Origin: a virus | Lineage: Duplodnaviria > Heunggongvirae > Uroviricota > Caudoviricetes | DNA: 64,000 nt | Virus record (IMG/VR): IMGVR_UViG_3300006204_000001 | Direction: 5' to 3' (one strand) | Part shown: positions 29,846 to 38,204 of the stretch, in pieces | How positions within the stretch are numbered: position 1 is the stretch's first letter | Layout of the letters: each line of letters opens with the position of its first letter | Translations under genes and position numbers: made by a program | The notes under the pieces: model-generated | The model's database searches: none | Told to the model about the DNA's origin: nothing | What the model saw: only the letters and a program-made list of their open reading frames with translations

Positions 29846-32839
29846 ATGTTATATCCAATGAAATGTGGTTATACTGGAATAACATTAAGTGGTGTTGAAA
29901 ATAATAAAGGTGTAACAATGGCTCCTTATGATAAAAATGGTATGGTTAGCCGTTGTTGGATTACATTTCCTTTTGATTCAGCCATTACAGGTTATTCTAG
30001 ATTTGAAATATCAAATGGCACAGGTCACTGGGGAGTAGAAATGGGCAATGGAGAAATCATTGCCCTCTCTAATCCAAAAGTAGTATGTTGTACAAATAGT
30101 GGTGCAGTAGTTCAATTTGATATGAATAGTAAATATCCAGCTAATTCTCCATGTTCATTAATGAAGATGGTACAAGCTGCATCATTTAATTCTGTAGAAA
30201 TTGAAACACCTGATACTTCTACATATATAAATACTTCTGTTACTCCTAATATAGGATTTACAGTGTATGATAATGTTACTACTGGTGGTAAAACAAGAAA
30301 ATGCCAAATAGTTATTCCTATTGAGAAGGTATCTGCTGGATATGATTTTACTATTAGCAATACAGGATGGGGTGTATTATTCCCAAGTGGTGTAAAAGCA
30401 AATTTATCAGATCCACATGTATTATTCAAGAATCCAGTAAATGTAATAATTGAATTTACAATGGATACGACATATGATTTTGATTCACCATGTATATTAT
30501 TAGCATTGGATTCATCTGCATCATTTGATATTAATGAAACAGATCCTATACCAGTGTTTGTTCCACTTGAAAATATGATCAATTTGCCAGAACAATTAAA
30601 AGTTAATGATACATTTAATTTAGAGAATGCATCATATAATCCAATATACTGTACTGTAAAAGATGTTAGTTGGTCTATAGTAAGTGGCCCTGGTAGTATA
30701 GAAAATAATATTTTGAAAGCAACTGGAATTGGTAATATTGTAATAAGAGCATTTGTAGCAAGGGGTGGAGTTAATAAGTCTGATTTTAATAAGACATATA
30801 CTATACCTACTGAAGGTAATAGCATAATTGTAATGAAACATCCAATTCCATATACAGAATTGATACAAGGTAATATTAGTGGATCATTATCTGTAGAAGG
30901 TTATATTGTTGGAACATTGGTATCATATCAATGGTATAGATGTGAAACAGATAGAAATGGAGTATATGATGCTATAGCTGGAGCAACATCAAATGAATTT
31001 CCTATACCTATAAATTTAACTCAAGGACCTCATTACTTCAAATGTAAAATTTCTGCATATGGTGGAGCAGAAGAAGTATGGACAGATATAGGTATTGTAG
31101 ATATAGCTATTACACCAAATAGAATTACATTGGAGAAAACAGATAATTCTAATGAATTACCTGCAGGAACAACTACAAAGGTAGTAGCTACTATATATCC
31201 AGAAGAAACTAATTTCAAGGATGTTATATTTAATTCTTCTGATACTAATATAGCTACTGTAAGTAAATATGGAGTTGTTACATTTGGTAATACAGGTGGT
31301 GATGTGACAATTACTGCAATGTCTTCATATAATGCCAGTCTGACTGCATCAGTTACTTACAGAGTAAAGAAATTTGTTCCTGTAGAGGATGTTGAATTAT
31401 ATTTAGAACCAGATGAAGAAGGTGAATTACCAGATCCATATATAATAAATGCTGGTCTTAGAAGACCAATTTTATATAGAGTAATTCCAGAAGATGCATC
31501 TTGTAAAAATGAAATATTATTTGAAGTTGTAGCGGATTATAATACAAATACTGAAGTTGTATTTGATGCAGCTGCAGATAAATGGATGGTTAACACTTCT
31601 AATATAGGTTTCTATGGAATTGTTATTCTTACATGTCGTATTCAGGGTGGTGTTAATGGTACAATTCCTTTTGTAAAAACAATACCAATGAAAATTAATG
31701 CAGAATTTGTTCCAGCAACAAGAGTTGAATTAGGATATACGACAGTACCAGGTAAAGCCTCTATTCCATTAATTTATGACTTTTATGGTGACAATGATTC
31801 TGGAGGTAATCCACAATTAGCAACTAATCAGATTATAACCAGTAAACCTACAATAAGTAGTGGTGGTGGATCAATAACAGAAACGGATGGAATGTATGTA
31901 TATAAATCAGGAAATAAAGCTACTGGTGCTACTGTACAAATAAAATTTATTGTGCAAAATGGATTAAGAGATAAAAAGTATATTGATTATACTGGTTCTC
32001 CATCTACAAACCCTAATTATGGTAAAAATTATAAAACAAATGCAAATGCTACGATATATGGTACTATTACTATAGATAATGATTTTGAAGCTGTTTCTAA
32101 TATTGTAATGACATCTGGATATTCAGAAATACCTACAAATAGAACTGTCAGATTTGTTTTCAAAGCTGTAGATGCATCTAATAATAGATCAACATATTAC
32201 AAGATGCAATTTTATTCTTGTAATATAGATAGTAATACTAAACATCTTCCTACAACTAAAGATGAAGAAAGTGGAGATGACACAGGTGTTATTGAAAATA
32301 CAACATGTGCACGAGTATCAAATTGTTTATCATATGAATCATCTGATTCAACACATGAAAGATGGGTAGATATTGCAACAACTGGTACTAGTGGTACATA
32401 TTATCTCACATGTATGGTGCCATCAGGAAAAACAATTTCAAATTGGACAGGTGATGCAAGTAATTCTGATAAGAAAAATGACTTTCTTAAAGCATTTGCT
32501 ATTGAAGTTAAGTCATTTATTGATTGTGGTGATTATGGTTTTAACTGGACTCCATTTCCTACATCTAATGCATCAGATGCATCATGGACTTCAAATAAAG
32601 GAGAAAATAATTTCAGTGTATGGATAAGTTCACCAAGTGGAAAATTAACATCATTAACTACGTATGATATAACTGTTTCAGTAGAAAACAAAGGTGGATC
32701 TGATGTTTCAGTTTGGAGAAAAAGCAATGATACTTGGTGTATTAAAGCTACAACAGCAACTACTGAAGAAAATAAATGTAGAATAAAAATTGCAGTTAGT
32801 AGTCATAGTAGAACTTATGATTTTAAAATTAAAATTTAA
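29846..32839 (+). CDS. Ig-like (Big_2-type) domain virion protein
   Basis: ATIYPEETNFKDVIFNSSDTNIATVS, SYQWY...YFKC and repeated FVPV..V linkers. Confidence 0.7.
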   Translation: MLYPMKCGYTGITLSGVENNKGVTMAPYDKNGMVSRCWITFPFDSAITGYSRFEISNGTGHWGVEMGNGEIIALSNPKVVCCTNSGAVVQFDMNSKYPANSPCSLMKMVQAASFNSVEIETPDTSTYINTSVTPNIGFTVYDNVTTGGKTRKCQIVIPIEKVSAGYDFTISNTGWGVLFPSGVKANLSDPHVLFKNPVNVIIEFTMDTTYDFDSPCILLALDSSASFDINETDPIPVFVPLENMINLPEQLKVNDTFNLENASYNPIYCTVKDVSWSIVSGPGSIENNILKATGIGNIVIRAFVARGGVNKSDFNKTYTIPTEGNSIIVMKHPIPYTELIQGNISGSLSVEGYIVGTLVSYQWYRCETDRNGVYDAIAGATSNEFPIPINLTQGPHYFKCKISAYGGAEEVWTDIGIVDIAITPNRITLEKTDNSNELPAGTTTKVVATIYPEETNFKDVIFNSSDTNIATVSKYGVVTFGNTGGDVTITAMSSYNASLTASVTYRVKKFVPVEDVELYLEPDEEGELPDPYIINAGLRRPILYRVIPEDASCKNEILFEVVADYNTNTEVVFDAAADKWMVNTSNIGFYGIVILTCRIQGGVNGTIPFVKTIPMKINAEFVPATRVELGYTTVPGKASIPLIYDFYGDNDSGGNPQLATNQIITSKPTISSGGGSITETDGMYVYKSGNKATGATVQIKFIVQNGLRDKKYIDYTGSPSTNPNYGKNYKTNANATIYGTITIDNDFEAVSNIVMTSGYSEIPTNRTVRFVFKAVDASNNRSTYYKMQFYSCNIDSNTKHLPTTKDEESGDDTGVIENTTCARVSNCLSYESSDSTHERWVDIATTGTSGTYYLTCMVPSGKTISNWTGDASNSDKKNDFLKAFAIEVKSFIDCGDYGFNWTPFPTSNASDASWTSNKGENNFSVWISSPSGKLTSLTTYDITVSVENKGGSDVSVWRKSNDTWCIKATTATTEENKCRIKIAVSSHSRTYDFKIKI

Positions 32840-32867
32840 TTTTTTATAAATGAAAGGAGATATAATT

Positions 32868-33122
32868 ATGGGCGTAGTTTCAATGAATGGATTTGAGATT
32901 CCAAATAATAAGGACATTAATCAACATATTCATGCTAATGAAAGAGATAAATGGAATGATACAAGAAGATTGTTAGATGAACATCTAAATCATTCACAAC
33001 CGTCAGGGCATACTGCTAATCAGTTTCATGTACCTCCATTACCATCTACTGATCAACAAAATTGGTATCTTGGTGGTGACTTACATTGGCATCAGGTACC
33101 AAGAGCTACATTATCTGTATAA
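32868..33122 (+). CDS. small tail-associated protein
   Basis: HIHANERDKWN motif shared with 26009; AAGGAG RBS. Confidence 0.6.
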   Translation: MGVVSMNGFEIPNNKDINQHIHANERDKWNDTRRLLDEHLNHSQPSGHTANQFHVPPLPSTDQQNWYLGGDLHWHQVPRATLSV

Positions 33123-33139
33123 GAAAGGAATGATAATTA

Positions 33140-35176
33140 ATGGGACTTATTAGTTATAGCTATTCCAAAACAATAACTGCTACTGTAATAATGGATGGTC
33201 CAGCTGTAAAAAATGCTGGACTAGATACAAGTAATACATTTTCTATACCAAAAGGTGCAGGATGTAAATGGAGATTTGAAAGTGTAGATGGATCAAATAC
33301 TATATGGCTCCAAAGTGGTATGACAAATCCTGATACAAGAGTTGTTTATGACACTGATTCAAATGGTAATGAGATAGCAATATTAACATCAGTTGTGAAG
33401 GTCAATTGTTCAAATAAAACAGATTGTGTTGCATACTTTGGTGCATCAGATGGAGCAATGCCATGTTATGCTTACAAAACATTTACTCCAGATGAAACTA
33501 AAATAACAGGTTCAGAAGATGAAAAAAACATAATAGTAGAAGGCTTAAAAATGCCTTATGTACGTGCAGACGGTGATGAATACAAAGGTATTCAAATGGT
33601 AATTATGATGGATAATACTGGATCTATGAAAAAAGCTATTGCGAAAGCAAAAGAATTTTTAAGTGATATCTTAGGTAAATATTTATCATTATCAGTAGGA
33701 ACCATTGAATATTGTATTTTAGGTTATCACCAAGACAAAAATCGATCACATACATATCATACAAAAGCACCTACAAATGATACATCACAAGTTTTGGAAT
33801 TTATTACATCTGATAATAACAGAAATATTCTGAATTGTTTTAGTGGACAGAAAATAGATCCAACTAAACCAGAATGGAATAATGAAAGTAGAAAAGGTAT
33901 ACTTTTTCCAGGTAATGTTAAATCATATAAAACCGGTAATCCATATCCATGTGAATTCGGTTTCTTACCAATGGTAGAACCTGAATATCTTAATAATGAT
34001 ACTAATTTCTATCAATTAGGAGTAAATGAACCAGATCCTAAAAAATCATTAATTGGTAAATATTGGAATGCTCAATATCCATGTTATGATAAAAATGGTA
34101 ATCCTTTTTATATATTTGCATTACATCCTAATGCTACATCAGAAAAGGGTAAAAATTTTAAATCTGGTTCAAATAAAACACAGTGGAATTATAAATCAAG
34201 ATATTCATGGACTGAATATAATTCAGAAGGCAACAAAATAGACCCAGCTCCAAGCGGCCATTGTTTAAATAAAAAGAGTACAATGGCAACATGTCATTGT
34301 TATCCAAGTGGATTGGAAAAAAATACAAATCCTAAGACAGGAGAAATGATTGACGACTTTAAAAAATCTGGTACAACTGGTAAACTTCTTGTAGGTAAAA
34401 CAGCTGATTGTACAGTTCAATATATTACAGAATTTGGATTAAATGGTACATCAAGGAATAATTATGAAAATGCATTAGGATGTATATGGGAAGCATGTGT
34501 AGGTTTGGAATGGGATCCAACAAAATTACATGTAATTATTAATCTTGGTGATGAACCTGGTAGAGAATATGGATTTGCTTCAAGATATTATGTTCTTAAA
34601 GATCCAAATGGAGGGGATGTTGCTTCAAATAGAGCACCTAAGCGAGTATCATTAATTGAAACTGTAGAAATGATGAATGAACGTGCAATAAATTTACTTT
34701 ATATTTCTACAGGATCAGTTTGGAATGATAAAAATTATTGGACTGGTAAAGCATTAGAATATTTATCTAATTCAACATCTAAATGTTTTAGTATGACAGA
34801 TGATGAAATTGATAATATTGTAAATTATCTTACAGATGTTACTACTGAGATAAAACAAGTAGAATGGCTTCCAGAAGTAATTGAAGGTGGAGATCCTCAT
34901 AATATAGTTGATCATTTAAGTATATTAGATATATCTGCTAATGAACATATTGAAGGATGGACTCAATTAAAACCAAATAAAGAGTATATGGTATGTATTA
35001 ATCCTAAATCAGGCTTTAAAGAACGATTAGGTGTAGGTACTTATGATGTACATGTATGGGTTCATAATAAAGCTGGAGTTGGTATCGATGGAATGGAAAA
35101 TAGTCTTGATGAAAATAAGAGACATATTATATTCAGAATTACAATAAAGAATGAAAATGGTAACTTAGTGGTATAG
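33140..35176 (+). CDS. vWA-domain protein with large insertion
   Basis: VIMMDNTGSM (MIDAS), ...ENAL..., VIINLGDEP. Confidence 0.7.
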   Translation: MGLISYSYSKTITATVIMDGPAVKNAGLDTSNTFSIPKGAGCKWRFESVDGSNTIWLQSGMTNPDTRVVYDTDSNGNEIAILTSVVKVNCSNKTDCVAYFGASDGAMPCYAYKTFTPDETKITGSEDEKNIIVEGLKMPYVRADGDEYKGIQMVIMMDNTGSMKKAIAKAKEFLSDILGKYLSLSVGTIEYCILGYHQDKNRSHTYHTKAPTNDTSQVLEFITSDNNRNILNCFSGQKIDPTKPEWNNESRKGILFPGNVKSYKTGNPYPCEFGFLPMVEPEYLNNDTNFYQLGVNEPDPKKSLIGKYWNAQYPCYDKNGNPFYIFALHPNATSEKGKNFKSGSNKTQWNYKSRYSWTEYNSEGNKIDPAPSGHCLNKKSTMATCHCYPSGLEKNTNPKTGEMIDDFKKSGTTGKLLVGKTADCTVQYITEFGLNGTSRNNYENALGCIWEACVGLEWDPTKLHVIINLGDEPGREYGFASRYYVLKDPNGGDVASNRAPKRVSLIETVEMMNERAINLLYISTGSVWNDKNYWTGKALEYLSNSTSKCFSMTDDEIDNIVNYLTDVTTEIKQVEWLPEVIEGGDPHNIVDHLSILDISANEHIEGWTQLKPNKEYMVCINPKSGFKERLGVGTYDVHVWVHNKAGVGIDGMENSLDENKRHIIFRITIKNENGNLVV

Positions 35177-35187
35177 GAGGTATAATA

Positions 35188-35319
35188 ATGGAAGGTGTAA
35201 ATATTGCATTGATTAATTATTATGCTAGATTAATCAAGAAAGGTAAATATACAATTGAACAAGTACCAAAAGAAGACAGAGAAAAAGTATTAACCAAACT
35301 TGAAGAAATGAAAGAATAA
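35188..35319 (+). CDS. small CD1375/XkdX-like tail-module protein, 43 aa (not in ORF track)
   Basis: AGGAGG RBS; YARLIKKGKYTIEQVPKEDREKV. Confidence 0.75.
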   Translation: MEGVNIALINYYARLIKKGKYTIEQVPKEDREKVLTKLEEMKE

Positions 35320-35326
35320 TAAAAAT

Positions 35327-35361
35327 AATATTAGGGATGGATAAAGTCCATCCCTAATATT
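35327..35361. terminator. bidirectional terminator
   Basis: AATATTAGGGATGGA-loop-TCCATCCCTAATATT. Confidence 0.85.
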
Positions 35362-36466
35362 AATCATTTTTTTCTATTAAATGTACTTCAAAAAAAGCAC
35401 TTAATATAGAATTATTATCAATACGTGGATTTATAATTATAGATGATGATGTATCTATATATGAGCAAGTTTTAAGTAATCGAAAAATAGTTGGTGCTCC
35501 AACCGAACCTAATTTATTTATAGAAGTATTAGTACCTAGTACTTTAGCAAAATCTATGAAATCTATACCATGTGAAAATGTGTATATAATATTATCACTA
35601 ATATTTTTTTCATGTTTAATAGTACTTTTAATAATTATATACATTTTATCGGCAAGTGTTTTATCAAAATGAATTTCTGTTGTTTTACATGTACTATCTA
35701 GGTTTACAAATATATGATAGATTTTATTATTACTAGACATAAAAGTATATCCATCATTATTACTCTTTTTATCCAATACCCTTATAAATTCATTATTTCT
35801 ACTCATATGATAATCATCATAATTCATTCCATTAACTACTTCAGAAGTAATATTACTAGTACCATTTTTTGTATATATTTTTCCAGGAAATGTAGTATCA
35901 CCATATCTATCTAGTAATTTAAGTTCTCTTTGAATTACATTCGATAATGTATATTGTCTAACTAATATTTCTTCATCACCATTATCATGAGTAGAGATCT
36001 CCAGTGATCCTCTATCAGCTTCTCCTAAACCTCTTATCATCCAAAAATCACTATCTGCCATTTTACCTCTAATATAATTAGAATTTTTATTCATTTCTAT
36101 ACTACCATTAATTGCTAAATCTTCTTTCCAATTAAACCATTCCCCTTCTCTGTTTTCTCTATATGATATACCCCCATTCCAAATCAATGTTTGAAAAATA
36201 TTTACATGATTTGTAAAACTATCAGGATATCTAGGAATAGATATTAATATACCAAATCCTCCGTAATCAACATTAACAAATTTACTAGGTACATGTACAG
36301 TTAATGCATCCCATGAATTCATATACATTAAATATCTATCTGCTAAATTAGCATCAGAACAAAATACCATTCCGCCTATTAAATCTATTTTATTGGTTAA
36401 TGATTTATCTACATTCTTAACTAATTTTATTAATGCTTTTATTCCATTATCCTTTAATTGTTTCAT
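35360..36466 (-). CDS. short tail-fibre/receptor-binding paralog 1
   Basis: N-terminus MKQLKDNGIKALIKLVK; knob-like segment (QTLIWNGGISYR...WFNW); EISTHDNGDEEILVRQY...LLD..G.T.FPG fibre module. Confidence 0.6.
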   Translation of the reverse strand: MKQLKDNGIKALIKLVKNVDKSLTNKIDLIGGMVFCSDANLADRYLMYMNSWDALTVHVPSKFVNVDYGGFGILISIPRYPDSFTNHVNIFQTLIWNGGISYRENREGEWFNWKEDLAINGSIEMNKNSNYIRGKMADSDFWMIRGLGEADRGSLEISTHDNGDEEILVRQYTLSNVIQRELKLLDRYGDTTFPGKIYTKNGTSNITSEVVNGMNYDDYHMSRNNEFIRVLDKKSNNDGYTFMSSNNKIYHIFVNLDSTCKTTEIHFDKTLADKMYIIIKSTIKHEKNISDNIIYTFSHGIDFIDFAKVLGTNTSINKLGSVGAPTIFRLLKTCSYIDTSSSIIINPRIDNNSILSAFFEVHLIEKND

Positions 36467-36496
36467 AAGTAATTCACTCTCCTTATATTGGCTAAT

Positions 36497-36531
36497 ACTA
36501 ATTACATTTTTATAATAAAAATGTAATTAGT
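36497..36531. repeat. 35-bp odd-centred palindrome between divergent paralogs
   Basis: ACTAATTACATTTTTA-TAA-TAAAAATGTAATTAGT. Confidence 0.9.
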
Positions 36532-36561
36532 GTAAATTCATTTAAGGAGGAATAATTTAAT

Positions 36562-37872
36562 ATGAAAATATTTAATAATAATGGAATTAATCAATTGATA
36601 AAATTAGTAAAAAGTAATGATAAAGAATTACGAACATTGATAAATAATAAAGCTAATAGTAATCATACACACAATGAGATGTTTAAAAGTCGAGTTTTGA
36701 ATACAGTTAATATAGATACTGAATATGAATCTAATTATGTCGTTGGAATTTCAGGTGAAGGTCATGGCACTTGTCCTACAACTGGTGCTTGGTATAATGT
36801 AATAAATTTTGTATGTAATCATTATTTTGCTACTCAGATAGCTTGGTCAATTACACAAAGTACAAATGTTAATAGATATGCAAATTTATTCTTTAGAGAA
36901 AGATATTGTAGTGATGCATCAAAATGGACAACATGGAGGGAATTGAGTGTTACTGGACATAATCATGATGCATCATACATTAAAAAATCTGGTGATACTA
37001 TGTCAGGTGCATTAAATTTTGCAAATAATACATGGAATAATGTAGGTGACGATGTTGCTATAGGTGATTCTAATGTAGCTGGTACATTATGTGTTAAAGG
37101 TTTAAATGCAGATGGTAATATTAGATTATATAGACAAGATGGTATTAAAATAGGAGATGTTGTTGTATCAGAAGATATTGGTAATTTTGGTTGTAGAATT
37201 CAAGTAGGAGAAACTGAATCTACGGTATCAAAGATGCCTTCCTTTGGTTTTAGAAGATTATCAGATAATAATTCAATTAATTTTTTTGCAATTTATCCTA
37301 AAAGTATGGCATATGGATTTACTGACATAACATTTGGTTCATATATGGATTCATCAGATATTAGAAGAATCGATATACCATTTTCATTTGGTATAGATAG
37401 TAATGGTAATTATGGTTATAAGAAAATAGGTGCTGATACAGTAATCCCTTTTAGTAATAGTAAACTTTTAATGGATGAAACTGGGGGATATACTTGGGAA
37501 AAAACTTTTGGACGTTGTGATAGAAATGATATTCTTTATTTTCTTCCAGATAAAAATTATGCTAGTGTGTATCTAGGTGGGTTTTATGGTGGAGCAACTT
37601 TATCTGCATCAACAAACTTTAGAAATTTAGCAAACATTAATTACGGTGGTGGCAGTAATACTGAAATAGATCATTTGTTTAATATATTAACTAAACATGG
37701 AATATTTAAAGATGTAGCATTATTAGTGATGAAATATAAAATTATAGATGATATTTTTTTTCCAGCTTTGATAAATACTGGATACATGTCAGAAACTACA
37801 TATGAATTAAGTAAAAACATATTACATGGAATATTAATAAATGTAACTAAAAAGACTATTAGTTTTATATAA
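36562..37872 (+). CDS. short tail-fibre/receptor-binding paralog 2
   Basis: N-terminus MKIFNNNGINQLIKLVK; HTH/HNH motifs; knob-like segment; KSGDTMSG; GNYGYKKIGADTVIPF. Confidence 0.65.
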   Translation: MKIFNNNGINQLIKLVKSNDKELRTLINNKANSNHTHNEMFKSRVLNTVNIDTEYESNYVVGISGEGHGTCPTTGAWYNVINFVCNHYFATQIAWSITQSTNVNRYANLFFRERYCSDASKWTTWRELSVTGHNHDASYIKKSGDTMSGALNFANNTWNNVGDDVAIGDSNVAGTLCVKGLNADGNIRLYRQDGIKIGDVVVSEDIGNFGCRIQVGETESTVSKMPSFGFRRLSDNNSINFFAIYPKSMAYGFTDITFGSYMDSSDIRRIDIPFSFGIDSNGNYGYKKIGADTVIPFSNSKLLMDETGGYTWEKTFGRCDRNDILYFLPDKNYASVYLGGFYGGATLSASTNFRNLANINYGGGSNTEIDHLFNILTKHGIFKDVALLVMKYKIIDDIFFPALINTGYMSETTYELSKNILHGILINVTKKTISFI

Positions 37873-37874
37873 TA

Positions 37875-37905
37875 AATAGAGTTCCCATATATGGGAACTC
37901 TATTT
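37875..37905. terminator. bidirectional terminator
   Basis: AATAGAGTTCCCATATATGGGAACTCTATT. Confidence 0.85.
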
Positions 37906-37928
37906 ATTATTATTTTATTCTATAATAC

Positions 37929-38204
37929 TTATAATTCTACTATAAGTATTACTTTTGATTTTAATGATGATATATCAAATATTACATTTGATAATTGTGT
38001 TACTGATATATCACCATCTGACCTTGCTTTTTGTAATTGCTTACTTCTTTCTTTTCTGTTATTATGTTCATACTCTTCATATTGTCTATCGATTTTATCA
38101 TTAATACCAATCATATTATGATAAAAATAATATTGTCCCATATCCATTACATTATATTCTTCTGATGGAACTTCCTTATAGTATACCTGACTTATCTTTC
38201 CCAT
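37929..38204 (-). CDS. hypothetical protein
   Basis: 91-aa ORF with AAGGAGG RBS, coupled to the Cys-rich gene. Confidence 0.65.
   Translation of the reverse strand: MGKISQVYYKEVPSEEYNVMDMGQYYFYHNMIGINDKIDRQYEEYEHNNRKERSKQLQKARSDGDISVTQLSNVIFDISSLKSKVILIVEL

Noticed and set aside
37891-38121. 76-aa plus-strand ORF
   Set aside because: Starts inside a terminator palindrome and is antisense to 37929..38204
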